Part shown: one piece after another, positions 1 through 9,491 of the stretch
Layout: each line of letters starts with the position of its first letter
Position numbering within the stretch: position 1 is the stretch's first letter
Assembly (NCBI GenBank): GCA_050296515.1
Contig: JBNKRJ010000077.1
Span: 7,493 to 71,492, forward strand
Length of the DNA stretch: 64,000 nt
Source: Bacteroidales bacterium
GTDB taxonomy: Bacteria; Bacteroidota; Bacteroidia; Bacteroidales; NBLH01
Direction of reading: 5' to 3'
Notes under the pieces: generated by a model
What the model saw: only the letters and a program-made list of their open reading frames with translations
Told to the model about the DNA's origin: nothing
Databases searched by the model: none
Position numbers and translations under genes: made by a program

Positions 1-463
1 TAACTTCTTTATAGGGAGACAATGATTTGTTGAAGAGGCGTGTATATTTTTCTCCCTCAAGATTATTATATTTATAATAACTACTTGTTTCTACTTGCAG
101 GGTATCGCCGTAAGATAAAATCACCGTTGTTTTCGTCCTCTTGTTATCTTTGTTATATTCATATAATCTAAAGATTGAATCCAAAGTATTATCAAAATTT
201 TTACTTACATTAATACTTTTTTTTAAATTCCCTGCACTATCATAAAAATAGAAAACTGTATCCACCTTTTCCTCCTTCCCTGATTTAACATTGATAAAGA
301 CATTTTTTGAAAGGCGGCCTTTTGAATTATAATAACAAAGCCAACGGTTGTAATTACTCATGGGGGGGATTCCGCTCTCTAAATCAGACTCTTTTATGTT
401 CCCGCATGAATGCTCAATCAGCAAAATAATGGCCAGTTTTATTGATTTTTTTATCATCACCAT
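1..463 (-). CDS. Partial (runs off window) putative lipoprotein with YD-like motifs; possible T6SS immunity-type protein
   Basis: Hand translation from ATG 463 is open to the window edge: MVMIKKSIKLAIILLIEHSCGN...YYNSKGRL...YFYDSAGNL...YEYNKDNKR. Lipobox-like HSC. Absent from the ORF track because it has no stop in the window. Confidence 0.65.
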   Translation of the reverse strand, partial: MVMIKKSIKLAIILLIEHSCGNIKESDLESGIPPMSNYNRWLCYYNSKGRLSKNVFINVKSGKEEKVDTVFYFYDSAGNLKKSINVSKNFDNTLDSIFRLYEYNKDNKRTKTTVILSYGDTLQVETSSYYKYNNLEGEKYTRLFNKSLSPYKEV

Positions 464-493
464 AAATAAATTAATGTATCACAGGATGGTTGA

Positions 494-727
494 TTACTTT
501 GAAATTACAGGGTGTTCATCCATTTGTTCCAAAACCCATATTATTTCTTCTTTTATTATCTTTCTCTTCATCTCCAGTTTAGTTACTTTGTCAGCCTTTG
601 TATCAAAATTCTTAACTTCCGCTAGATACGACACACTACCTGTATCCTTGTCATTATATCTGTCTATATTAATAGAATGGTTTGCTACTTCCGAACTAGT
701 TGCTTTTATTTCTGCATTTATTTTCAA
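494..727 (-). pseudogene. 5'-truncated C-terminal gene fragment (possible orphan effector C-terminus)
   Basis: 77-aa frame with only a TTG start. The frame is closed upstream by a TGA inside the hairpin at 735-761, and it ends 30 bp before the lipoprotein gene. Confidence 0.4.
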
Positions 728-734
728 CTCACAC

Positions 735-761
735 GCTACCGCGCGATTTCATCGCGTGGTA
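735..761 (+). repeat. REP-like imperfect hairpin, copy 1
   Basis: GC-TACCGCGCGAT-TTC-ATCGCGTGGTA: 11-bp stem, 3-nt loop, G.T mismatch at stem position 5. Confidence 0.75.
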
Positions 762-882
762 TTAATAACTTAATATTTACTAAATAGCTGGTTCATTACT
801 TTTATTTATTCTTTACTTTTTTTTCTTTAATTCATCGCCACATTGTTTATTTATCCTCCAAACTCTTCTACCGTTGCTTCAT

Positions 883-909
883 TGCCACACGAATCCTTCG
901 TGCGGCAGC
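883..909 (-). repeat. REP-like imperfect hairpin, copy 2 (inverted relative to copy 1)
   Basis: Minus strand GC-TGCCGCACGAA-GGA-TTCGTGTGGCA: same geometry and same G.T mismatch position as copy 1. Confidence 0.75.
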
Positions 910-949
910 AAGGGTTTCCGTCTACTATTATTTTGCCTATTAGTCCCAT
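910..949 (-). pseudogene. Short N-terminal remnant MGLIGKIIVDGNP, resembling a TssD/Hcp-type start
   Basis: ATG at 949, 23 bp after the tssE stop and preceded by an A-rich leader. The sequence runs into hairpin copy 2 and stops at 32 aa. Similarity to MSFLAKLxxDG starts is short and weak. Confidence 0.3.
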
Positions 950-972
950 AATAATTTAGTTTAGTATTTATA

Positions 973-1389
973 TTAATAAGAAAGCGGTGCTATATAAAAG
1001 TGCTCCTGGTGCAAAAAGTCTGTATTAGTAATTTTATTCTTTCCTCTTACTTCAACATCTACCCGGCGGCGAAGGTTGTTTAAGCGCCCCCTGCTGGTTT
1101 CGTAGTAATGCTTTATGGAGATTTCCTCTACGAGCAGCCTTTTTTCAAATTGTTCAATATTTTCTTTCAGAGATTGCTTAATTTTTTCGGTAATGCCCGA
1201 GTTGGCTGTATGAAGAAAATCATCTTCCCAAACTTTATTGCCAAAATTAAAATCACCGCGATATTCGCCCTGATAGGTGGTTAACATTAAATGTATATGT
1301 TGCTTTATTGACTGGTCAATATCGCAAGTACGTACATCTTGCTTTTCCATTATTATTTTGGTGTTGAATGGAATTTTCAGATAATTCAT
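973..1389 (-). CDS. tssE: T6SS-iii baseplate protein TssE (gp25-like)
   Basis: SIKQHIHLMLTTYQGEY..D..FG...W and IEQFEKRL motifs, C-terminal FYIAPLSY, T6SS context. Confidence 0.85.
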   Translation of the reverse strand: MNYLKIPFNTKIIMEKQDVRTCDIDQSIKQHIHLMLTTYQGEYRGDFNFGNKVWEDDFLHTANSGITEKIKQSLKENIEQFEKRLLVEEISIKHYYETSRGRLNNLRRRVDVEVRGKNKITNTDFLHQEHFYIAPLSY

Positions 1390-1967
1390 AGTTCCTCTTT
1401 ATTCTTTAATTGCTTTTTAATTTCTCTGATTTGAATGGTATGCCAATTTAATGATTTATCATTTTTATCAAAGTGATTTTCTACCTCTTGTTTTAAATTT
1501 TCATTGGTAATAATTAAACCTCTGATTAAAGAATCCTTTACCAATAAATCTTTTTCAAGGGTGTCGATTTTGATTTTATGAGAATATATAAAGAACGAGA
1601 TGGCAACAGCTGCAATAAAAAAAACAGACAAACTGATTTTGAAAAAGACAGAAGTTTGGTTATTTATTAAAACGGGACTATCCTTATCGCCAAGCTTTAC
1701 CCTCATTTTATCAGAAAACGGCCTTGCATTTTTAGAAGTCTCTAAAAACATCTCTCCATCCAAAGTTGCTGCAAAATTGTTGGTATCGTCGCTTTTAACA
1801 ATGTACCCAAGTTCTAATAATTTATCAATAACATCATTGATGTGTGCCTGGCTTTCATCAGGCTGAAATAGCTCAACGATTTCTTCGTAATATACCTCCA
1901 GTCCTTTTTTATGACCTTCAAGCACATAGGCCAACACCTTATCAAGCTCTTTTAGTGTTTTTTGCAT
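1386..1967 (-). CDS. Hypothetical protein: N-terminal winged-helix-like region, one TM helix, C-terminal coiled coil
   Basis: 193 aa; hydrophobic ISLSVFFIAAVAISFFIY; overlaps the tssE start by 4 bp. Confidence 0.6.
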   Translation of the reverse strand: MQKTLKELDKVLAYVLEGHKKGLEVYYEEIVELFQPDESQAHINDVIDKLLELGYIVKSDDTNNFAATLDGEMFLETSKNARPFSDKMRVKLGDKDSPVLINNQTSVFFKISLSVFFIAAVAISFFIYSHKIKIDTLEKDLLVKDSLIRGLIITNENLKQEVENHFDKNDKSLNWHTIQIREIKKQLKNKEEL

Positions 1968-2081
1968 TGCATTGTTTTAATAGATTCTTTGCTTTAAGAT
2001 GCAATTTTGCCCAGGTTATAGTTTAACCTGAGCAAAATTTGGAAAAAATCATCATGGCCAAATTTTTATATTGATTAAAAT

Positions 2082-3458
2082 TTAGCTTTGTTCGTATTCC
2101 GATTCCCATTCGGAACCATCGGCACCATTTTGTCCATCCATTTTTATTAAGAAGTTTTTGGCAGGGAAAAATGGTTTCATATGGATATCCAGATAAATTC
2201 TGTCTTTTTGAACACGGTCTTGTTCAAATCTCTTAATGGCAAAATCTTCGATAAGACGATCAACACCTTTTACCGAATCTAAAAATTGAATAATTTGAGT
2301 ACTAATGTCTTTTTTTGTTCTGCTGTTGAAATTTTCAAAAGCCCTACGGTTTAGAAAATCCATTAACACTTTGGTCACATAATCAAATACCCTTACTACC
2401 GAATAGGTTTGCAATCCCAGGTTATCTCCGTTAAAAAGTGTTTTGGCAGAAAACGCCATTACTTTTGAATATTCGTTTACCATCGGAATCAGGCCAATCT
2501 TCTCTAAACTGGCAATTTCTGATTTCTTTAAAGGAAAACGTACTCCGTTTACTTCATTAATACCACCAAATTTTTTACCGGCTACTACCTGCGACATCAA
2601 TGTATTGTGTATTCTGCCCGCATAGGCTGTTGATGGAGGAATGGTCAAATCATCTTCCTCACCTGCAAGTTTTGATTTAGCCCTGCCAATCAGCCAGTTA
2701 CAGGTCATTAAAACATTTGAGCGAAAAGCATCGCCACCAGTATGATTTGCTGATTCAAACATCTGAATCACATCATCAGGCTCTTCAAAGTCGATAAAAT
2801 CGGTTATTAAAGTAACCTTATTCGCATATGCAATTTTCCCCCATTTTTCAATCACTGCATTTGAACCTAAATATCCGGGAATGGCCAAAAGAGCATAATT
2901 ATCCGACAAATCAAGTCTGTCATAATTTTGTTTTAATTCAGCAGCCACCGCATCAATAAAACGGGTATTGTCCAAATCTTTAACTTGCTCAGGTGAAGCA
3001 TTCAGAATGCTCACATTCTGAACTTTATCCAGTTCGGTATTTTTATAAAACATAGCCATTGATCGGTACGATCGCTCTAACTCTTTTGTGGCTACCAGTG
3101 CACTTCCTAAATTCTGGCTAAGGTTCTTTTCCTGTTCAACTGAGTTGTTTTGACACAAATCAATCATGCTCATAATATCCCCATCGGTTTCAAGCACTTC
3201 TACCCAGGTTGACAATGATCTTAATAAATCTGCTCTCTCACTCTCCCTTACTTTTTCATTCAAGAAAATATTTTTTCGTGCTTTTCTCTCGGGATTTAAG
3301 TTAGAGCTTCCTTCAATAATACTTTCCAATAAATCAAACCCTCCGCTTTCAACTAAAACATCAGTAGCCTCAAGTAGTTGACTTTCAAAACTCTGAGCTT
3401 TCGACTTCTCTGCAACAGGGGTTCCTGTGGTTACTTCTTTTTGATTTTTCACACTCAT
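2082..3458 (-). CDS. tssC: T6SS-iii contractile sheath large subunit TssC (DUF5458 type)
   Basis: NLNPERKARK, LERSYRS, NYDRLDL, PGYLGSN, GLQTYSVVRVFD and PFFPAKNF motifs. Confidence 0.92.
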   Translation of the reverse strand: MSVKNQKEVTTGTPVAEKSKAQSFESQLLEATDVLVESGGFDLLESIIEGSSNLNPERKARKNIFLNEKVRESERADLLRSLSTWVEVLETDGDIMSMIDLCQNNSVEQEKNLSQNLGSALVATKELERSYRSMAMFYKNTELDKVQNVSILNASPEQVKDLDNTRFIDAVAAELKQNYDRLDLSDNYALLAIPGYLGSNAVIEKWGKIAYANKVTLITDFIDFEEPDDVIQMFESANHTGGDAFRSNVLMTCNWLIGRAKSKLAGEEDDLTIPPSTAYAGRIHNTLMSQVVAGKKFGGINEVNGVRFPLKKSEIASLEKIGLIPMVNEYSKVMAFSAKTLFNGDNLGLQTYSVVRVFDYVTKVLMDFLNRRAFENFNSRTKKDISTQIIQFLDSVKGVDRLIEDFAIKRFEQDRVQKDRIYLDIHMKPFFPAKNFLIKMDGQNGADGSEWESEYEQS

Positions 3459-3466
3459 GGCTTATT

Positions 3467-3922
3467 TTATTTGTTGGTAGATGTTTGTATTTCAGAAATC
3501 ATAGCTTTAAAAGCGTTTAGCAGCGCTTCTTTCTTTTCAGGATCATTTATTACTTTACGTAACATGGCATTCGATTTCATGTTTTTCATGATATTCTTAT
3601 ATTCCTCGCTCTTTTTCTTGGTATCCTGCAAAAATGAGCTTTGGTTAATGATACCCTTTTCACCAAAATCACCCAAATTCTTGAAACTTAATTCTTCGCG
3701 AACTGTTCCGCCATCAATAGTCTGAAATTCAACCTTTTGAGTTGGCTTATAGTGATCAAAAACCTCATCTACAGTTTTTAGTCCACTTACTATTTCAGGT
3801 TTTAAAACCGGAGTACTTGTCAGTTTTTCTACCAGTAAAGTCCTGTTTTGAGGAATATCCGAGATAGATTCTGATACCTCCAAGGGGATTTCATTTCCAC
3901 CAATTCCATAATTTTGAATCAT
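3467..3922 (-). CDS. tssB: T6SS-iii sheath small subunit TssB
   Basis: YGIGGNE...IPQNRTLLVEKLT...GLKTVDEVFDHYKP; directly upstream of tssC. Confidence 0.9.
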   Translation of the reverse strand: MIQNYGIGGNEIPLEVSESISDIPQNRTLLVEKLTSTPVLKPEIVSGLKTVDEVFDHYKPTQKVEFQTIDGGTVREELSFKNLGDFGEKGIINQSSFLQDTKKKSEEYKNIMKNMKSNAMLRKVINDPEKKEALLNAFKAMISEIQTSTNK

Positions 3923-4107
3923 AATTTTAACTTTTGATTTATAAAAATTTTTACTAATTATTTGGGTTTTATAAGCCTGATAGGTTCAAATAACTACCCA
4001 GTATTTCTTTAATAACTTACAATTGTATGTGCGAAGATTGATTAACATTTCAAATATTTAGGCTAAATACGTAAGAAACACAAACTTTCGTATTGATTTC
4101 TTATTAT

Positions 4108-6594
4108 TTAATTATTGACGCTTTCTATTTTCCAGACAAACTCACCATTTAACGCATCCAAAAAAATGTGATCACCTTCAGTTATTTCTTCATAAATGAT
4201 CATTTTTGAAAGTTTTTTTCTTATTTCCGCCCTGATAATTCCTTTTAACGGTCTGGCCCCATATTCAGGCGTATAACCATGTAAGGCTAAAAGCTGTTTG
4301 GCAGTATCAGATATTTCTAATGTAATATTCTTCGGAGCCAAACGCTCATAAATTTCTTTAAGTTGAATATTTATAATATCAATAACTACCCGCTGATCAA
4401 TAGGTCCAAAGGGAATTAATTCAGTAAGTCGCCCCAAAAACTCTGGCCTAAAATGATTACTCATAATGTCCATTAATATTTTTTGCCCTGGAATTTCACC
4501 TTTTGCATACTTCTCAACAATGTATTCGCTTCCAATGTTAGAGGTAAAAAGTATAACAGTGTTGGAGAAATCGCCTTCTTTTCCTAACCTGTCATGTAGT
4601 TTCCCTTCATCAAGTATCTGAAGAAAAATATCGAAAACAGATGGGTGGGCTTTTTCTATTTCGTCAAATAAGACGACCGAGTATGGTTTTTCACGGATTT
4701 TATTAACTAAAAGCCCTCCTTCTTCATATCCCACATAACCAGGAGGAGCACCATATAAAAGTGCAGCTGAATGTTCTTCCTTGAATTCAGACATATCAAG
4801 TCGAATCATATCCAATTCATCGCCAAATAAATATTCGGTTAATGCTTTGGCCAATTCAGTTTTACCTGTTCCAGTGGGGCCCATTAAAAAGAACGAACCA
4901 ATAGGTTGCCCTTCCTTTGTTAACCCCGAACGAGATTCTAAAATAGCTGAAGCAATACTACTTATAGCAACATCTTGTCCAACAACCCGTTTACTTAATT
5001 CTTCCTCTAACTGCATAAGCCTCTCTTTTTCATCGGTTTGCAGTCGTCCGATAGGGATGCCTGTTTTTTTTGCAATAACACGAGTTAAATCACCGGAAGA
5101 AATTGACTTGATTGCTTTAACCTCTTTCAGTTTTTCATTGGCCAATTCAAGGAGGCTTCTCACTATTTCTGAAGAATCTTCTTTTTGAGAAATAAGATTA
5201 TCCAGTTCTTCTATTAACTCTTTAAAATCAATTAATTCTTTTGCTGACAATCTTAATAATTCATCCTTATAATTAGATAATTGACCTGAGTTATCCTCTC
5301 CTGTTATTTTTTTTAATGACTGAAGAAGAACTATGCATTCACCAATAGCCACTTTTGTATTAGACATCGTTCTGTCTATCAAATCAATAGCAGCATCCGG
5401 TAATTTTTTATCTTTCACATAGCGCTTAGATAGTTTTATGGACTCAATCATTGAATCTTCCGAAATGGCTAATCCGTGATGATTGCAAAAAACAGGCAGA
5501 ACAGATTTCAAGATCTGCTTTGCAACAGTAACAGAGGGTTCCTCCAATTTTACAATTTCAAACCTTCGATTGATGGAACGATCATTTTCAATGGTTTTTC
5601 GATACTCATCCATCCCTGCTGAGGCAATTAATGTAACATCGCCTTTTTCGAGTTCGCTTTTCAATAAATTAACCTGCCCCTCATTGCCTTGATTTTTGGT
5701 CAGCAATACATTTATTTCATCAATAAATAAAAGTGGTTTTTCAAATTGCTTAATCTCTTCAAATACTTTTTTTAGTCGGTCCTCAACTTCACCTTTATAA
5801 GAAGCTCCTACTGAAATATTGCTGTAATCAAGTTTAAAAACAGTTGCATTTTTTAAATTGGCAGGAACTTTTCCAGATACTATTGCATCAACCAACCCAT
5901 CTACCAACACGGTTTTCCCAACGCCAGGCTCGCCGATAATTAATACATTTGGCTTAATATATCTATTTAGTATTTCAATGGTGTATTCAATTTCAGTATC
6001 CCTTCCAACCACTTTGTGTCGGGTACTGTCCAAAACATCCATATTCATGCTATGATAATACTTGCCAAGTAATTTTGGCATCCCGCCCAGATCTTTTTGG
6101 TCGTTGCTACTTTTGTTCACTCCACCTTGGTTTGTTAAAACCTTCTTATTAGATATAGGAGCATGTATTGCTTTTAGCAATTCATCTTTTTGTAGCGGGA
6201 ATGTTTTAAACTGATCATAAGTAAAAGCAACCCCATGAACAGATAACGCTGCCAATAATAGAATTGGTGAAACAGTATCCACTCCAATTTCATTACCTAT
6301 ATCCTCAGCTACTATAAAACAATTCTGGGATTTGTCTGAAAGGGAGAGTTCGGGACTTTGTTTACTAACCTTGGGTAGGTTTTCAATTCTAATTTCAGCC
6401 CATTCTTCAAGGTAATACAGATCTTTGTCAAGATCGTTAAGAACCTCAATGACAGCTTCGTCCATTAAAACGGCACGCAATAAATGAGCTGGTTCTATGG
6501 CAGAACTTAAGTATTCAAAAGCCAGGCGTCTGGCAGTTTCCTGAACACTTTTTAGTTGCTCAAAAGAGGTCTCAGCCGATGAAAGGATAGTCAT
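4108..6594 (-). CDS. tssH: T6SS AAA+ ATPase TssH/ClpV (Clp family)
   Basis: Two Walker A motifs (GEPGVGKT, GPTGTGKT), DEIEKAHP, LYGAPPGYVGYEEGG, embedded in the T6SS locus. Start moved to ATG 6594 to avoid overlap with tssN. Confidence 0.88.
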   Translation of the reverse strand: MTILSSAETSFEQLKSVQETARRLAFEYLSSAIEPAHLLRAVLMDEAVIEVLNDLDKDLYYLEEWAEIRIENLPKVSKQSPELSLSDKSQNCFIVAEDIGNEIGVDTVSPILLLAALSVHGVAFTYDQFKTFPLQKDELLKAIHAPISNKKVLTNQGGVNKSSNDQKDLGGMPKLLGKYYHSMNMDVLDSTRHKVVGRDTEIEYTIEILNRYIKPNVLIIGEPGVGKTVLVDGLVDAIVSGKVPANLKNATVFKLDYSNISVGASYKGEVEDRLKKVFEEIKQFEKPLLFIDEINVLLTKNQGNEGQVNLLKSELEKGDVTLIASAGMDEYRKTIENDRSINRRFEIVKLEEPSVTVAKQILKSVLPVFCNHHGLAISEDSMIESIKLSKRYVKDKKLPDAAIDLIDRTMSNTKVAIGECIVLLQSLKKITGEDNSGQLSNYKDELLRLSAKELIDFKELIEELDNLISQKEDSSEIVRSLLELANEKLKEVKAIKSISSGDLTRVIAKKTGIPIGRLQTDEKERLMQLEEELSKRVVGQDVAISSIASAILESRSGLTKEGQPIGSFFLMGPTGTGKTELAKALTEYLFGDELDMIRLDMSEFKEEHSAALLYGAPPGYVGYEEGGLLVNKIREKPYSVVLFDEIEKAHPSVFDIFLQILDEGKLHDRLGKEGDFSNTVILFTSNIGSEYIVEKYAKGEIPGQKILMDIMSNHFRPEFLGRLTELIPFGPIDQRVVIDIINIQLKEIYERLAPKNITLEISDTAKQLLALHGYTPEYGARPLKGIIRAEIRKKLSKMIIYEEITEGDHIFLDALNGEFVWKIESVNN

Positions 6595-6613
6595 ATTATT
6601 TGGTTTTAATTTA

Positions 6614-7465
6614 CTAGTATTCAACTCTTTTACATACAATCACACTTTTTTCTTTCAGCCTGTTTTCCAGTACTGTTAGTTCCGGATCAATATATCTTAC
6701 AAAAGGGAAATACCATCGAGGCTTGAAAAAGAAAATCCATTCTTGTGCATTATTCGAATTACGATGGAGATATTGAATAGGATACTCGCTATTGCGCTGA
6801 TTATATTCTTTAATGAAATAAAACATCAGTTTTCCAAATGGCATTTCACGTGGAGCAATCACTGTGTAGTTTTTGGCTTTTCTATCATTTGATGTTTTCT
6901 TCATGAAAAATGATACAACAAATGGCTTTTGTAGTTCATATTTACTAGGATTAGGAACTTCAAGGTCTGAGGGACATTCCCAGGTTCTTATCCTTTTTCG
7001 TGGAATTAAGATTCCTTTTTCAAAGGTATGAAAAACAAAAAACGGGAGTAAAAAAAAGAATGTTGCCGTTATATATAAAAAATTATATTGATTGTCAGCA
7101 AGAAAACTATAGAACAAAAAGAAAAAACTTATGTTCATTAAACTCCCTGAGAGTAAAAACAATAACTCATACCAAAAGTTTTGTTCTTTTGTCCAGTAAA
7201 GAACACGATAAAGTATAAAACAAAAGCCAATACCCAACAGAAAAAATACCGCCTGAAAACTAATAAATAGTTGTAAAGGATACTCAAGCAATCCTGAATA
7301 AATTAAAAATACTGATGAGGCACCTAATAAAGAAATAAGTAAATTATAAAGAAAGGACTTTAGCTTTTCTTTGCTCATTTCTTTTACTCCTGATGCTGTA
7401 ATAAAAAACAATACGATAGCTATAATCAGAAGAACCAGCCCTATTATTAATACTTTTTTATCCAT
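6614..7465 (-). CDS. tssN: T6SS-iii membrane protein TssN
   Basis: Multi-TM N-terminus; APxEMPFGKLMFYFIKEYN and YIDPELTVLENRLKE C-terminal motifs. Confidence 0.82.
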   Translation of the reverse strand: MDKKVLIIGLVLLIIAIVLFFITASGVKEMSKEKLKSFLYNLLISLLGASSVFLIYSGLLEYPLQLFISFQAVFFLLGIGFCFILYRVLYWTKEQNFWYELLFLLSGSLMNISFFFLFYSFLADNQYNFLYITATFFFLLPFFVFHTFEKGILIPRKRIRTWECPSDLEVPNPSKYELQKPFVVSFFMKKTSNDRKAKNYTVIAPREMPFGKLMFYFIKEYNQRNSEYPIQYLHRNSNNAQEWIFFFKPRWYFPFVRYIDPELTVLENRLKEKSVIVCKRVEY

Positions 7466-7486
7466 TTATAAATCTATTATGCTGTT

Positions 7487-8449
7487 TTAAATTGTAGTTG
7501 AGTAGTTTAATATTGATGAATGCTTTTTTGAGCTATTAATTTCCCAGTGCTCTTCTTTTTTGATACAAACACGCCAACTTGCATCTACATTTAAAGGAAT
7601 AAATGTGTCAATAAATACCTGCATAAATTTGAAATACTCGCAACCTTTCACAAACCGACTGGCCTTTTTCGCAGACAAATCCTCTATAACAAAACAATAA
7701 TTGTCAAAATATGCATTGAATTTACTACCTAATAACATGTTTTCGCCCAATCTACATTCGCCCAATCTTTCATTGTTCTTGTGAAAGGTATCTTCTTTAG
7801 ATGCATTCTGTTCGATCCAAACTTTTTCATTTAATAAAAAAGCTAAGCAATTTGCTAATTGCTCAATATTTCCAACCAGAAACTGTAAAAATGGAAGTAA
7901 ACTTATCCATTTACGACACAGCTTTTTTGGTAAACGACTGTCGATATTGCTTAAATCAAAAAAAGAAAGTTTCAGTTCCCTTTTACCAATCTTAAGCAAT
8001 TGCTCTGTTTCCATTTGCTCAACAGCTATGCGATGATGGAATATTTCATTTTCAATGGGTGCAAAAAACTGACGGGCAAGACTTTCTTCCTTTTTATGCT
8101 TCTTATATTCCTCTATCATTATAGCGGCATTGCCTCTACCATATTCATGCTTTACTTTGGGGTGAAAAAATGATTCTGGAAGAACGTCATAAATACTATC
8201 ACGATTTAAATCTAATTCAAGTCCAAAACTTCCCTTATCTGCGCTTTTTAAACGAGTTTTCTCAATATCCCCAGCAAAGCCGCGTTTATGCCCACCTTGA
8301 TTTTTAATGCTAATTTGTTCCGGTTGATAATTTCCTCCTCTTAGCAAATCAGCAACGATTACCTCTGCTTTTATATTTTCAGCCAGCTCGCGCATGGATG
8401 AAATTATTCCACGGTGTTTTTTGGGTATTTCAGTGCTTTTAGGTGTCAT
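7487..8449 (-). CDS. tssG: T6SS-iii baseplate subunit TssG
   Basis: IKAEVI, RDSIYDVLPESFFH and ARQFFAPIENEIF motifs; locus context. Confidence 0.82.
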   Translation of the reverse strand: MTPKSTEIPKKHRGIISSMRELAENIKAEVIVADLLRGGNYQPEQISIKNQGGHKRGFAGDIEKTRLKSADKGSFGLELDLNRDSIYDVLPESFFHPKVKHEYGRGNAAIMIEEYKKHKKEESLARQFFAPIENEIFHHRIAVEQMETEQLLKIGKRELKLSFFDLSNIDSRLPKKLCRKWISLLPFLQFLVGNIEQLANCLAFLLNEKVWIEQNASKEDTFHKNNERLGECRLGENMLLGSKFNAYFDNYCFVIEDLSAKKASRFVKGCEYFKFMQVFIDTFIPLNVDASWRVCIKKEEHWEINSSKKHSSILNYSTTI

Positions 8450-8462
8450 TTAGGTGTTTATG

Positions 8463-9065
8463 CTAGTTAGGTTTTGCTGACGTTTTATATCTTCCTGCAA
8501 ATTTGAAATAGGTACTCCAAAAAGCATCATCCATTTTTTCAATTGACACTTTTGCGGTACGCTTGCAGTTTATTAAAAACCTGTTGTTTACTAAATATAT
8601 TCCTACAAACTGTTCTGGTTCAGCCTTTTCACCCGATTTATCAATCTGCGGATATTCAAAAAAGACTAAATCACCTTCCTCCAGAAAAGATTTTCCGGTA
8701 AAAAGACTAAATACTTTGTTGTAAACTAATTCGTTATAAGTTCCAGGAATTTTATAATTGTATACCTTATTGTAGATTTCTTTAACTAATTTACCATCCT
8801 CTATACCAACATCCGAGCTGGGTTGATATGGAAGGTTTAACCAATCATCTACTACCTTATACAGTTTATTTGTAATAAGGTAATCAACAGGGGTTTCCAG
8901 CAAATATGATAATCGCAATGTTTTATAATAGAAAATCGTATCGACCAAGGGATCTTTTTCTTTATCATTTAGACCCTGAAGGTTTTTTTTTGATAAACAA
9001 CTCGATAAAAAAAATGCTAACACTGCAACACTAAAGCAGGCTGTCAATATTCGTTTGTAACTCAT
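8463..9065 (-). CDS. NlpC/P60-fold lipoprotein lacking the catalytic Cys and His
   Basis: Lipobox FLSSC after ATG 9065; W.xxPY, LEEGDLVFF, VGIYLVNNRF and FW..YFKFAGR motifs; DCSG replaced by EDGK and HVGIY by FVGIY. Confidence 0.75.
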   Translation of the reverse strand: MSYKRILTACFSVAVLAFFLSSCLSKKNLQGLNDKEKDPLVDTIFYYKTLRLSYLLETPVDYLITNKLYKVVDDWLNLPYQPSSDVGIEDGKLVKEIYNKVYNYKIPGTYNELVYNKVFSLFTGKSFLEEGDLVFFEYPQIDKSGEKAEPEQFVGIYLVNNRFLINCKRTAKVSIEKMDDAFWSTYFKFAGRYKTSAKPN

Positions 9066-9155
9066 TATTTTTTGGTATAGATTAGTATATTCTTTACATG
9101 TGAACATTTTGTTTTATTCAATCTCAACCTTTGTTATTAGCAAAAAATAACGCCA

Positions 9156-9187
9156 CAAATATATAAATAAGAATGTTATACAACAAA
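9156..9187 (-). promoter_or_regulatory. Bacteroidota primary-sigma promoter for the T6SS operon
   Basis: Minus strand TTTG-N20-TATATTTG, matching the -33/-7 consensus. Confidence 0.7.
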
Positions 9188-9491
9188 ATGTAATAGTTAA
9201 TAAAATTAAACTTAAAAACCAGCTAACGTTTAACATCAATATTATCAAGCACTTAATATATTTATTCCAATTATCCTTACTTCTTCTAAAGTAAAATCAG
9301 CCCCTCTGACAATTTTCAACTTTACCCAGCACATAAAACAAAACTAGTAAATACCTAATATTCAACAACTTAAAAAAATACTTAAAAAATGTTAAAATTA
9401 TTTTTTTAATGAAAAAAAACAGCCCATATTTACACCGCTTTTAATATAGCATTAAAGTATTATTATTATTATTAATTAAAATTTTTAAATT

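Noticed and set aside
360-773. 137-aa plus-strand ORF
   Set aside because: Antisense shadow of the minus-strand frames, which match the orientation of the locus; no recognisable motifs.
4108-6639. Housekeeping ClpB call and the longer track start
   Set aside because: T6SS context and a short middle region favour TssH. The 6639 start overlaps tssN.
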